From contig AP026147.1 in assembly GCA_030295235.1 (NCBI GenBank), forward strand, positions 310,001 through 374,000: a stretch of DNA of 64,000 bases, in the 5' to 3' direction. A program made the position numbers and the translations under genes. Of the stretch, positions 48,470 to 60,889 are shown piece after piece. The DNA is from Fistulifera solaris. Lineage: Eukaryota. The notes below the pieces were generated by a model. The model worked only from the letters and a program-made list of their open reading frames with translations, searched no databases and had not been told where the DNA came from. Position 1 is the first letter of the stretch. The number at the start of each line of letters is the position of its first letter.

Positions 48470-49580
48470 ATGCCAACAACAACGGGAGGATGGGGCGATG
48501 AATCGTCTTCCGGTTCGGAAGATGAGGCTCCTATGGAACCGGAAATAAATCCGTCATCTTTACAACAACAAACGGTCCGAGGAAGACAACAGCATGAAGG
48601 AAGAGGACAACACCACGAAGGGAAGAGGACGACGTGCACCGGCACGAGGAGATCGTTCGGGACGAGGAACGGCTCGGGGAGGTCGTATACATCCCCACGA
48701 GGACTGGAAAACGGCAGCCAAACAAGCCTCCATTCTTCCGGCAAGTGCACCTCCCGTCGATGGCTCGAGCTGGATGGCGCAACGACAAAAGAAATTAGAG
48801 GAACAAAGACAGCAACAAGAGCAACTGCGGCGCGAACAGAAGGAGCAACAAGAACTGGCATCCAAAGAACGTCGGGCCAGTCAATTTCAAGCACTGCATG
48901 CGGCGGTGAAAACGATGCAACAACAGGACACTCCACAATCTTCTTTGCAACAGGCCGCATCGAAAGAATCATCGTCTTGGAGGGAACGGGCCTCCCAAGG
49001 CGGTAAACGAGGCGGAAGGCACGACGGCTCGGATTCCAACACTTGGCGTGAACGGGCCGCAATGGAAGAGAAAAGCAGTGATGATAATCGATCGAAGGGT
49101 TCGAAAGGGGGACGGCACGGGAAAGGAGGTCGCGGAAAACAGGCTCCGAAACCAGTCGTTCTCAAGAAGCCAGTCGAGACGGATAACAAAGATCAGTCCG
49201 AATCGAAAATGAAAGTAAAGTACCTGCCGGATGGATCGATTGATGTAACAAAAACAGAAAGTACGAGTAAGCAATCGAACGAGGCTAATAAGAAATCATC
49301 TTTGCAGAAAGCTTTGCATCCACAGGAAGCAGGAGCTGGGCGCGGAAGAGGACGCGGTGGTGGCCGTGATGATACAGGAAGAGGTCGCAGTGAACGAGGC
49401 GGAGGACGCGATGGTGCAGGCAGAGGGCGTGATGATGCAGGCAGAGGCCGAAGTGAACGAGGTGGAGGACGCGATGACTCGGGCAGAGGCCGGGGTGCTC
49501 GCGGTCGAGGTCGTAGTGCCAAAGGCAGGGGTCGCGATGATAAGGGAAGAGGGCGCGCCGCGACGGGTGAAGGCTCTTGA
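48470..49580 (+). CDS. RG/RGG-rich intrinsically disordered protein; frameshift ~48570
   Basis: Start MPTTTGGWGDESSSG; Q/E coiled coil; C-terminal GRGRGRGGGRDD repeats. Confidence 0.75.
49340..49555 (+). repeat. Coding tandem repeats (GRDDxGRGRSERGG units)
   Basis: GRDDTGRGRSERGG / GRDGAGRG / RDDAGRGRSERGG / GRDDSGRG, visible at both DNA and protein level. Confidence 0.8.
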
Positions 49581-49672
49581 TCGTTCTAGTTGAATTCCAA
49601 CCTAGAGCTGGCTTGTAATGTGATGTGGCAGTACGAAGGAAAATATGATATCATTATTTATGCGACGATCAG

Positions 49673-50926
49673 TTAATGTGTTTCGTTCTGTGCTTTTATT
49701 TGTGCAAGGTACTTTTGCGCTCGCTGTTCAAGACTTTGCGCATCCTCAATACTTCGCTGAATCTTCAAGAAATGAAGTAACAACTGATTATAGACATCCA
49801 TCTTTCCTGGGTAGCAGTTGTGCAGGCAGTCGCCTTGATGAGAGCGGTGCAAGTCCGGCCTTAAGATGTTCAAGCCATAGCCGTCAATGACTTCGTATCT
49901 CAAACCTGAAGCATCCAGTTCGCGTAGAAAGAGTTGGTTTTGTTTTTGGTAATCATACCAGTGATACGTGATAGTATGATCGTTGTAATTGTCGAGGTTG
50001 TAAATAAGCGATTCCATTGCTCCAATATCATTGACTGGTTCCGAATAATTTCCACAACCTGGATGACCTGGGACACTGGTTCGCCAAAAGAAATGGCATT
50101 TCATATCATATTCATCGCACTTGTCTTGCCACGCTCGTATTTCCTCAATCTGACCGCGAAATTCATTTAGCGTTCTGGTATCGTTAACCCAATGTGCACC
50201 GCGATTGAGAACCAACACAGTAGGAAAGTCGGCATCAAACGACTCCGTCAGCTTGTACAATCGATGGTCGTTCCGCCAAACAACTTTCGTCTTGTGATTA
50301 CAAGCCCACTGATGATGGTTCATATTCTCAGTCTTGCTTCTGTGTTGTGAACTTTGATAAACGGTTTGTCCTAGAAGCTGTAATAAGGATGAATACATTT
50401 CCCAGTTCAACGAATCTCCGATGATTGATACCGTTGCGTAGGGAAGCAGATTGCAGAACTCTTGGGCATTCCAACGAGATAGTTTGCATGATTTCTCCTG
50501 AGGGACCCATTCCCAAGTCTTCCATGGTACCTGCTTGTAGTAATCGTCGGGAAAGCAACGAAGATGCGACGTCCTCGAAATATAGGGAACTTTTTCCATC
50601 TCAATGGCTTGCCATTGGCCTGTTTTAATTTGTGCTCTAGTGCAAAGAATTTCGTCTGAGGTTCTGCTGCTAATTGTACCCAAAGATTGTGACCAGCCAT
50701 TTGATGTTTTGTAAATGTCGATAGGAGGCAACGCATCAGCTTGAACGATTTCACTTGTAGTGGCAAACGAGGATGTAACAAGGGTCGACGTGTCGAGGGA
50801 AGAGATTGTCCACCAAGCTGCTGAAATGGATTGGTAAAACTGGAAAATTAAAAGGAAAACTATCCCTGATATTGCCGTTTGCGTCTTGAGAAAGGACATT
50901 TCAAAGGTGCGATCAGTTCTTGCCAT
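49673..50926 (-). CDS. Trichome-birefringence-like (TBL/PC-esterase, SGNH) putative O-acetyltransferase, paralog 1
   Basis: N-terminal TM segment; W.W.P...C.L; IIGDSL; VLNRGAHW; FFWRTSVPGH; RPDLH...DCLHNCYPG (GDS and DxxH motifs). Confidence 0.88.
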   Translation of the reverse strand: MARTDRTFEMSFLKTQTAISGIVFLLIFQFYQSISAAWWTISSLDTSTLVTSSFATTSEIVQADALPPIDIYKTSNGWSQSLGTISSRTSDEILCTRAQIKTGQWQAIEMEKVPYISRTSHLRCFPDDYYKQVPWKTWEWVPQEKSCKLSRWNAQEFCNLLPYATVSIIGDSLNWEMYSSLLQLLGQTVYQSSQHRSKTENMNHHQWACNHKTKVVWRNDHRLYKLTESFDADFPTVLVLNRGAHWVNDTRTLNEFRGQIEEIRAWQDKCDEYDMKCHFFWRTSVPGHPGCGNYSEPVNDIGAMESLIYNLDNYNDHTITYHWYDYQKQNQLFLRELDASGLRYEVIDGYGLNILRPDLHRSHQGDCLHNCYPGKMDVYNQLLLHFLKIQRSIEDAQSLEQRAQKYLAQIKAQNETH

Positions 50927-51538
50927 CAAAGTTACTCTTTCTACTAGATCACTCACACCAGTGTGTAAGATAACCACTTTATTTCAAGATCCAACATCGT
51001 TCCATTTTCTAATACATGGATCTGTTTATGGTCTTTGCATGGATGATGTGAGACGCCATCATCACATCACAAAATCCGCACCTTTTTCTTGCAACTTGAA
51101 ACGGTAAAGGCTCATAGTAAAATAGTAGGAGGGAATTAACCGTCGAGGGAGCGCGCATGACAACACTATCATCTACAGTGAGACAAGCGCGCGAGCACAC
51201 CCAAGTACGCGCCATTATTTGTGCTACTTAGGAAACATCACATAGGCTTTCATGCGCGTAGGTTTTCCGCGCCGTTATTGAAATCCGTCACGCCGGCGTC
51301 CTCGAGTTCAAGGTGATTGGCTCTGTGGCCTAAGTAAAATTTCCCGCGCCTCGCTAAAATTGAAATTCAGTCTTATACAACTATACATTGCTGTATTTAT
51401 ATGATCAGGTACGAGCCGACCGACCATACGAGACATACGAAGGCAACAACCTTCATTCAACTCTCGGCAGTCTTCACATTTTCAAGACAGCTTTCTTCTC
51501 GTTTTGCCATCCTCATTCAACAGGTCAACTTGAACCGC

Positions 51539-54211
51539 ATGATTATGGAGCCATCAGCTGATAAAGCGATCGGAATTGCCAAGTCTATGTCTCACGATGA
51601 GTCTATGGGTGGCAGTGAAAGCCGCGAAGAGAAACCTGGCCGTCGGGAAAAGAACGGCGGCGAACGAGAAAAGCTCTCGTATGAAAGGCGGTAACGAAGT
51701 GTTTCCACAGAATGGAGGACATTATGGATATCCTCAACAGCAGCATCAGCAGCAGAAAATAAACATGCGAGCCCCCCTACCCGATGGTCCGCGGTAACGC
51801 GCCTCCTCCCTATGGCTTTCCCCATCATGGTTTCATGGGCAACTCGTACGGTGGCCATCCGTCTCATTACCACGGCCACTTTCCTGTTCCACCGTATGGC
51901 GCTGGACCTTACGGGGGTGGTCATCCGGGAGCTATGAAAGCACCTGGTTACCATCCTCACCCGCATCACCATCACCCTCAGTACCAAGGCGCTCACTATG
52001 GAATACCACCGACCTACCCTCACAGCCACCCGCAAGGTCCTAGCTACGGAAGTCAAGTTAACCCTTCCGATTCAGCTTCGATTTCAAGTAAAAGCAGCAT
52101 GAACTCGAAAAAGAAGCGGACTTTCGACGGAGTACATGTAAATAGCCTTCCGAACTCTTATTCCTTTCGCCGAACTGACAGCAACAGCAGCACAGCTAGT
52201 ACGCTTACAGCTGGCAACAACACAAGCATGGAGACAAACCAAACCGATGATTCGCAGCAAAAGCGCGACCGGGATGAAAGTCTCTCTGGGGTTTTGAACA
52301 TGGATCGAATGGATTTTGATGATCGGCATATTCATCATGAAGTAAGAAATGGCAACCATAGACGGTCCCATTCGGGCGACTCGACCGCTTCAAGTCTAAG
52401 CGCTTGTGGTTTCAGCCTCGCGTCGATTGAGGGTCAGCATGGTATGTCATTGGAACTTGTTATGCTTTCCGTTCGTTATTGTGTTTCTCTGACAACGCTT
52501 TACAGATGATAGCAGCAAAGCATCAATCAAGCGACAGAAGAAACTGGTTGTTGATACCAGTGTGCGCCCTTCGTCGAGTTGTTCTCATTCTATTGACGTT
52601 GACCAATCCTCTAGATTTGAACAAATGTCGATAGAACACAAGCAACTAGATTCGAACACGTCTGCCGCCAGTTCCAACAGTGGGAGAAACATTTTTCTTG
52701 CCCTGTCATCCTCTCCGATGAATGCCGTTGACGTTGATGCTACTCCGCTAAAGACCAATACGACGAAGAAGACTGATCAGATTTTCAAAAGCAAAGGAAT
52801 TCAATCAACTGGTATGGACGGACACCCTCCGTCTGATACCCCGACACCTCCTGCCCATGTTGACATAGAAGACGCGGTCGTTCACGATGACCACAACATG
52901 TTGAATCGTCATCTCAGGGGTCAGTCTTTCACTCCCTTGCCTCATTTCTCTTCCGTAAATGTTCCTGGGGCGTCTCCCTCAAATGCCGCCTTTGCCTCTA
53001 TGATCAATCCACAACTCTCGTGGAGTATTGCGGGAGATACCCCATCGCTGGCAGACTTGGCTGAATGGGAGGACGATTCTAAATCCAAACAGCGACCCGG
53101 CTCTACTACAAGTATGGAGTCAAGACCTTTGCCCGTCAGTCCTCACGATTTCCAAGCTTGGAAGGAGGAACACGACATGGCTGATCATGCGATGAGTGGG
53201 ACGACAACGCCACTTCCTATGTTCTTTGAAAACGCAAATGAGTCAAACGAAAATCGACAGATGCCATCGTCAAGAAAGGCTGCTTCCCACGGCGATGTCC
53301 ATCCGTATTTTCCTGGTAGCTCGAATGTAAAACCACTACGTCCTGACCAGCATGGTCTGTGGAATCAGACGCCAATGTTCGTTGGTTCGGACGACAACAA
53401 CTACATGCCAAGTCCCCACGAGCGTGATTACTATGCTTATCACCACATGGGGCATGGCGGACCGGGTGATCGCATCAGGAATCTTCGTGGGCGTGTGCAT
53501 CCTGGCCATTCCTATCACCCAATGCCTATGCATATGGCTCCAACGATGTCCGGCCATCTTCCAATGACTTCTCCTATGGGAATGAATGGCGGAAAGGGCA
53601 TGTGGAGTCCGCACCCGGGAATGCAGGGAAGTATGGCTAGCCCTCACCACATGGGCTCCCCGCTAGCTGGTATGGCTCAGTCGAAGCGAAAATGCGTTCC
53701 CATCAAAGCTCCCATTCCGGCGAAGTTCCAAGGTGACATCGAGAAAAATAAGAGTCTTCCTGTTCCTGAATTTACCAGCCTTGTTAACTTTCCTTCTCAC
53801 ATGTCTCAGAAGCAAGCTGTTAACCTCCCTGATGGCATGCGTTGTTGTGTTATGTGCGGACAAGCATGCCCTTGCTCAACGGGAAACAAAGGAAAGAAGG
53901 GGAAATCTAAGGAAGGCGGTCTTCCAAACCAAAACGAACATCTCAGCGATAAGAACAGCGGATATGCCATCATTCCGTCTCAAAATAAAGGCCTATGTAC
54001 CCACTGTGACGTTAATGTCTGGGTCGTTGTTACTAGCGGCTTAGAAATCAAGTGGTGCAAGGGATGCAAGAATTTTCGGCCGTGGGCAGCCTTTGGGGAT
54101 AAAGGCCTCGCTACAAAGTGTCTAAGATGCCGTGAAAGACAACGCGAGAAGTATGCTCTTCAGAAGGAAGAAAAGGATAAGTCTCGCATCGAAACGGATA
54201 TCGTAGCATAA
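51539..54211 (+). CDS. Putative transcription factor: long disordered His/Pro/Gly-rich region plus C-terminal Cys-rich zinc-binding domain; intron 52442-52505; frameshifts ~51685 and ~51780
   Basis: Exons join in frame at G|AT. C-terminus CCVMCGQACPC...LCTHC...WCKGCKNF...KCLRCRERQREKY; basic clusters KKKR and KGKKGK. Confidence 0.8.
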
Positions 54212-54410
54212 TGTTACACGCGAGACAACAGCACACAATAACAGATTTAACATGTTAAACAAATCATCAATACACTTATCCGCAAACATTCCTATGTAGT
54301 TTATTCAATTGCTTTAGTACAACTTCGCGTCGTCACTTGCAGTGCGTCGAGATTGTCTATGTTTTCCTCAATTATTCTCAACGATGGCGTTTTACTGATT
54401 CTCCTTGTCG

Positions 54411-55679
54411 TCACTTGCCGTGCTCCTTGAAGTTTCGAATTTTCCTCGCGGCTTCAGTGGCTTCGGGGTCGTAGACCGTCGTTTCATCGATAGGCCAGTC
54501 GTTTGCTTTGGCAACCTTTTCCGCTTTCTTGACGTCACTTTTCGATCGATTCATTCGCAGAAAATGCAGCATGAGTTGATTGTATACGTCCATTTTCCCC
54601 GGATAGCAATTGTGTAAACAATCGTCTTGGTGCGCACGATGCTCATCGGGACGAAGCATATTCAAGTAATACGCATCGATGATATTGTACTCGATTCCGG
54701 CCTTTTCCATTTCTTTCAATACCAGCTCATTCTGATGTTGATAATCGTACCAGTGAAAATTGATGGAGCGATTGTTGTAGAACGCCAAGTTGGCGACCCG
54801 TTCTTCCATCAACGCCAAATCATTGACCGGTTTGGAAAAGGTGCCGCATTCGGGATGACCCGGTACACTGGTGCGCCAAAAGAAATGACATTTCATGTGA
54901 TACTTTTGGTCGCAATCGTGAAGCCACTTCTGAACTTCTTGCAGATTGTGTCGAATATCGTCTAACAGAACCGTGTCATTCACGTAATGCGCCCCACGAT
55001 TGAGCACCAAGACGGTCGGGAAGGTCGACGCAATGGCATCCGTAACATTTTGCAATTTGTCGTCTCGACGATAGACGACGCGCGTCCGGCCTTTACAAAC
55101 CGACTGCGCAATGTTCATTTGCAATTCGCGGGATTGATGTTGATATCCTTGGTGTGTCTTCAAACCATTCAATTGAATCAACGAAGAGTAATGTTCCCAC
55201 GACAGTGAGTCGCCCACAATGGCGACCGTGGCTCCGCGCATTAGAGAACAGAACGTTTCTTGGTCCCAACGGGTCAATGTGCATTGTTTGTCGTGCGGTG
55301 ACCACCTGTACGTATCCCAGGGACCCTCTTTGTAATACAATTCGTGGGGATAACAGCGCAAATGCACGGTGGGTGTAATGTAGGGCGGCTTGGGAAGTTG
55401 TTCTTCGACCCATTTTCCGTGAATGATTTGTTCTCGCGTACAGAGTGGCTTCCGTCGTTCTATATTCGTTCCATTGTATTCTTCGTTGGCTAACACAAAT
55501 TGATGGTGTTCGGGAAGCGTGGGATGCACACGCAATTCTTTGGTTTCGACCGATTCGGGCGGATGTTGTTCCGATTCATTGACATTCCACGGCAGGATCC
55601 ACGATGCATCAAACCACGAAGCCGCTAAAAGGACCGAAACAAAGAGTCCGATCAAGCCACTACTGGCCGCTTTGGGCAT
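54411..55679 (-). CDS. TBL/PC-esterase putative O-acetyltransferase, paralog 2
   Basis: N-terminal TM segment; IVGDSL; VLNRGAHY; FFWRTSVPGH; RPDEH...DCLHNCYPG; long blocks identical to 49673-50926. Confidence 0.88.
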   Translation of the reverse strand: MPKAASSGLIGLFVSVLLAASWFDASWILPWNVNESEQHPPESVETKELRVHPTLPEHHQFVLANEEYNGTNIERRKPLCTREQIIHGKWVEEQLPKPPYITPTVHLRCYPHELYYKEGPWDTYRWSPHDKQCTLTRWDQETFCSLMRGATVAIVGDSLSWEHYSSLIQLNGLKTHQGYQHQSRELQMNIAQSVCKGRTRVVYRRDDKLQNVTDAIASTFPTVLVLNRGAHYVNDTVLLDDIRHNLQEVQKWLHDCDQKYHMKCHFFWRTSVPGHPECGTFSKPVNDLALMEERVANLAFYNNRSINFHWYDYQHQNELVLKEMEKAGIEYNIIDAYYLNMLRPDEHRAHQDDCLHNCYPGKMDVYNQLMLHFLRMNRSKSDVKKAEKVAKANDWPIDETTVYDPEATEAARKIRNFKEHGK

Positions 55680-56108
55680 TATTGTTTCGATACTTATTAT
55701 TATTGGAGGTTCTCAACCGCTTTTTCTGTCGCGCGTCGATTTCCTGCGTCTTGCGGATCAAAAAGGCTTCACTCGGGTCGAACGGCACCAGGTATGAGGC
55801 CGTCGTTCACAAAGGGATGTTCTTTGTATGTCACAAACACAATAAAACGGCTTGTGTGTCTATGATTTGCGCCTCATCGTCTTTTTTTTTCCTCCCTTGC
55901 AGACGTGTGTGATGATGGTGCAGGACTCAACGGTCGAAAAACAACAAAACGCGTGAGTCACGAGTCACGAGTCATTGAAAGGTTGCTATAGAGTGTGGAA
56001 AACAATTCGACTACTCTAGAGAGGGTTACGAAAGTGCCGTTCAACAAAACTATTAATGTTACGCCATAGCTACGTGTGAACAGATCCAGTCTATTATAAG
56101 CATTACGT

Positions 56109-58716
56109 TCAACTCAGCCAAACATCTTCTACGTCCTTTTCGCTAAATTTGTTGTTGCATGTAGGACACTTGCGACTGCGGTTACTGATTCTCTCGTCCA
56201 CGCACTGCTTACAGTGCATGTGCCGACAGCGCATGATGATGCATTCCTTGTCTCGATAGTGACACACCGGACACGCGAGACGATCTTTCAAAACAGAGAT
56301 TTGGGTGTTGAGTTGATCCACCGTAAAACTAGAAGCCCCCACTCGGACATCTCCTCCCGTTGAACTATGCATGATTTTATTCAAATTCTCTTTCGTGCTT
56401 TGTGCCTCGCGCTCGGTCTGATGCAGCGAATCCAACAGTTTCCGGATCTCTTCGTCCTTTGCTTCCAATTCTGACACCAATTCGTTGCACCGCTTGACGC
56501 TGTTCTCAAACTTGGACTGCAGTGCCGAAACCTTGCCGCTTCCTTCCGACAAATCGGTAGAAAGCTTGTTAAGCTCATTCTTTATTCGCGTCGTTTCTTT
56601 TCGGATAAAGACAACTTTTCTTCGAGTGATTCTTTCTCCTTGATCATCTCTTCGGATACTCTCGCTTTCGCATTACTCGCCAGTCGCGCGGCAAGGGCCA
56701 GCTGACTGGCACTCTTGGCTTGTTGCTCCAGATTTTCGTTCTCTAGCTTGAGTTTCTCAGTGAGACTCTTCAAGTGCAATATTGTTGACAGTGATTTCGC
56801 ATTCATTTCGTCCTTTTCCTTTATTTGCTGCAATAGCCGCGAGTTCGTGGCGATGATAGCGTCGCGGTCCTTCTCCGCTCTTTCGAGTTTGCCTTTCAGA
56901 CTATCTATTTTCGTATTCAATGCGCTGATTTCTTTTCGAGCCTTTCGATGATTCTTGTACTCTCTATCATACTTTTCCTTGTCGACTTTGTCCATACTGG
57001 AAGTTTCCTCCGCATTTCCGTCACCCTCGCTCGATAACGGCATGACTTCGGGTTTCTCTGGAGGTGTAGTATTATTTTCACACGTGCTTTGCAGGGCTGC
57101 GTATTTCGACTTGAGATCTTCCAGCTTTGATTGCAGGTCATGGTTCAATTCCAGGGATGTTGCCAAGGTACATCGAATTACTTCGGCCTGACGAACATTC
57201 TCCAATGCTTGACTCAGTTTGTGTTCCAATTCAGCTATCCTCTCAGCGTTCACAATTCTGGAAGGTTGAATGCCCAATAAATCACCATTCGAAGCCTCTC
57301 CATCCACGTCTGTGTTCTCTGCAAGCTCCGACCATCGTTTCTCAAACTTCGTCAGCTGTTCCTCTATGGACGCCATTGCAGACTTTTCATTGCCTATTGC
57401 TTGTGCCCACTTTTCTCGAGTACTTTCCACTTCCTTTTCGAGTTCCAACACCTGTTTTTCTTTGAGCTTTAAAGACGCGCGTGTCGCTTCAAAAGACTGC
57501 AATTTTTCGGCGTCCTCTGCCGACTGCTGAGAAAGTGACAATTGGTTTAATAGCAGCTCCTTTTCTTTCAGCTTTCCCCTCAACTGCAAGTTAAAATAGA
57601 AAAAAATTTAGGCGTGAGTAAATTTTTTTCTCACAAATATACATTCTTGCACTGCGCGCGACAAGTATTTACAACGCACCTCTTCTATTGATCCATCGCG
57701 ATTTCTCAATGTTGCTTCCAGGTTGGCAATTTTTGATTCATATTCGGTCACTTTCGATTCAGACACGGCTGGTGTTGTCGCATCGACCGGTGCTACGTTC
57801 GATGTGGCGCTCGCCAGATCCTCTTCTTGTTTCACTTTTTCTCGTGTCTCTAATCTGACTTGCAACCATTCGTCGTCCCCCTCCTGGTCCAACGTTTGCA
57901 TGGCTTGCTCTGTCGTCAAAATCCCTACCGATATGCGATATAAATTCCGCCTTAACTTGCGCTCTTTGCTGGCAATTTGATCACGTGCTTGGGTCAGTTC
58001 TGCTACTTGTGTTTCTAAAAACCGGGCATGCATCTGCGACTCGGCCAGTTGTTTCGAAAATTGCGCAGTTTCGATGGCTTCAGCAGACGGAGGAGATGAA
58101 TGGAACGCTGTTAGTATGCATTCTTGTAAAGTATTGGCTCGAGCTGTCACATTCGCAGAAAGTTGGGATAAATCACTGTAAAATTGATCGGTGCTGTCCG
58201 CCGGACGGCGCCCCAAACCGGCCAGAGCCTCCGCCAGTGCTCGGGTCCATTCCATACTACTACTACTGCTACTATTACCCGTCACGGCCGGAGCCCCCGA
58301 CTCCATCATGGACGGCAGTGGTGGCGGTGCCGCGGAAGCCAACAAGGCGGTCTCCAATTGCGTCCACGTCGCCTGCAACGAGTTCAAGGCCTGACACGCC
58401 GCCCAGCATTCTTGTCGACGATAATCGCGTTCTTTTCCAATGCCTTGGTCGTGTCTTGTAATGACAATAATTCGGTCGCCAGCGCTCGATTTTGATGCTT
58501 CAAATAAAATGCATCATTGTCCTCATTGACTTGAGAAGCCATTGCCGTAATTCGTTTTTGTCGTTTGGCTGGTGAAGTCGGTGTAGCGGAGGAAGGAATA
58601 GCGTCATCCGGAACGGCCGATGCGCTCAATTCGAGACGAGGAACTTTAGTGGGTTCCGCCACCGAAGGCGGCGGCGGCAGCGATTGCTTCGCTCGTTCGG
58701 CCAGGGCTCGTTTCAT
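56109..58716 (-). CDS. BRE1: BRE1-like H2B E3 ubiquitin ligase; intron 57584-57679; frameshifts ~58420 and ~56590
   Basis: N-terminal LKHQNRALA, long coiled coils, N.RLLQQI.EKDEMN, and C-terminal RING CPVC...C.HMHCKQC.....NRSRKCPTC..F...DV. Confidence 0.85.
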
Positions 58717-59195
58717 GACAATAATTAATTATTCTCGTTATAAATTTAGCCGCGGATTCGCCTCAAACGCCCAAGAAACAAATAACCGACTTTTCAGACA
58801 AGCAATCGCAAATAGTCTTTGCGAATATAATATTGAGTATTGATTCAAGTCTTGTTGCTGCAACAACAAGTGTCGAATGAATGGCGGGCTCTTTGCAAGC
58901 CGAGCCGCAAGCCGCAAAAAAAACAAAGGAGTCCCAGTCCCACTACAGTTCACCAGACAGTAGCTTGTTTTACTCAAAACGCTTTTAAATTCCGCATTCT
59001 GTATTCCTAAGGAATCTGGAATGTTTGTTGTAGCAAAAACACATCCACTTCTCCACGTGGAGCGCAGATTCCCAGTTTGAACTTTTTTGATGTCTCGCAA
59101 AAATGTTTGCGATCCCCTCGTTTTTTCCCACACCCTACGTTCGTCGGTGTCTTCCTTGCATACCTTTATTACAAAGAATACACAAACCGACCAAC

Positions 59196-60556
59196 ATGCG
59201 CTTCTCCTTATTCGCTCTCCTGTCGCTGACGGCGACCGAAAGCTTCACCCCCGCGCGCATGGCCCCACAACGTGCTCGTGTCATCCTGCACGGTGAATTC
59301 GATGACATTTTGCGAGAAACTGCCGCAACGTCGTCTCCTTTGCCGAGTCGCCGGCGCATTGAGCTCGGTAATTTACAAAATTCTCGTACGACCGTCCTAG
59401 CGAGTAGTTTTCCGGCTCCTTTACAAGAAGAACTCACGGACGACCCGTTCGCCGACGAGTCCGAAGCACTCAACAAAATTCAATACTTGCAAGAACAGAA
59501 AACAGTCACCCTGGAAAGTCGACTCAAGTCCATGGATCTGCAAGATATCGTCACCACCATGGTAGTACCGGGCATTGCTCTCTTTGCCGCGGGCCGTTGG
59601 GGCTACAATCGGGTTTCGGGACGCGTCACGCAATCGGCGGACGACACCTTGGCGGCATTTGCGAAAGAAATGTTGTATCACGATGGAGATTTCAAGGAAA
59701 TGGAGTTGTGTGTCAAAGATTATAACAAAAAAATGCTGTGGTTGCCGACGCGGAAAGATGCCATGCTGAAAACGTATTTGGAAGCGTACGCCAAGAAGAA
59801 AACGGTGTCACCACAAGCGATTGCTTCCATCTCGTACGTCTTTACTCTATTTCAACTCAATGAAGCCAAAGCCGCCGAAACTCTGGTCGCACTTTGTAAG
59901 AAAATGGGGACGGAAAAGATTTCGTCGGCGGGAAAACTCTTGTTTTTGGGGTCGAGGATTCTCAAATCACCCGAGGGTAAAAATGCTTTGACACCCATCA
60001 AGGAATTGATCAAATCAACCTACCGAGATGCACAAGTGGCGGAGACACTGGTGGAAACTTCGCAACAGTAAGTATGGATGGTCGTACTCTGGCTTTTTAT
60101 AGTGTTCCCACTCATGGCTATCTTCAAAGTGCTATTGCCGAAGCGGCCTACCGCGCGACGGTTCAAGCGGCGGGAAAGAATCAAAAGTCGTTGACCAAAG
60201 GATGGCAAGCTCTGGGCCTCGACAAGGAAAAGGCGACCCAAATTTTCGAAGAGGAAGCGAAGGAAGGCTTTATTAGTGCTCGCGAAACCATGTACGGAGG
60301 ACAAACACAAAAATACGACAAGAAAGGGAATCGTCTCAATCCCGATGGTTCGTACGAAAATCCCGAGGATGCCAAGAAGGCAGAGGAAGAAAGTAGCGAA
60401 GATGCGGTCAGCAATGTTTATGAGTGTGGAGAATGTGGTTACACTTTGTTCATTGCACAAGGAAGGGAGACAAAGTTTTTCGGAGAAGGATTTCGATGCC
60501 CTGAATGTGGGGCATCTAGAGATAAATTCAATGCTCGAGACGATGTCGAGGAGTAA
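59196..60556 (+). CDS. Plastid-targeted membrane protein with C-terminal rubredoxin-like domain; intron 60068-60129
   Basis: Presequence MRFSLFALLSLTATES-FTP; one hydrophobic segment; YECGECGY...FRCPECGASRDKF. Confidence 0.8.
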
Positions 60557-60889
60557 ACGTTGTAAAGACTAGCTACTAAAGCGTGATCTACGAACTAGAT
60601 GTCCTATTGACTTGTGTATTTATTGACTTTGTATCGTCTTTCCTACCTTATAAATTTACTGCTTTTTCGTTCCATGTGCTATTTAGTGTTGGTGCTCCTT
60701 ATTACTCCGTAACTTACAACTAGGAAACTCGTGAGTGCCACTGTTTATGTGCACGACTTCAGCTAACGACTGCACTACAAAAACTGGTAATTATAATCAC
60801 TAAACCTAGGAAAAGGAAAGTGTTGGTGGGATAACAATTTGGCTCGGACAAACAATTGTATTAATTCAGGACTCATAACTCATGACTAA

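Noticed and set aside
600..58450. Frameshifts in many genes read as pseudogenisation or programmed frameshifting
   Set aside because: Those I traced are mostly +/-1 changes in homopolymer runs (e.g. ~1130, ~1910, ~7917, ~24425, ~26460, ~35500, ~37590, ~46675). They hit conserved genes (GlnRS, BRE1, DPP) with no accompanying decay, which fits long-read assembly error. Short-read polishing would settle it.
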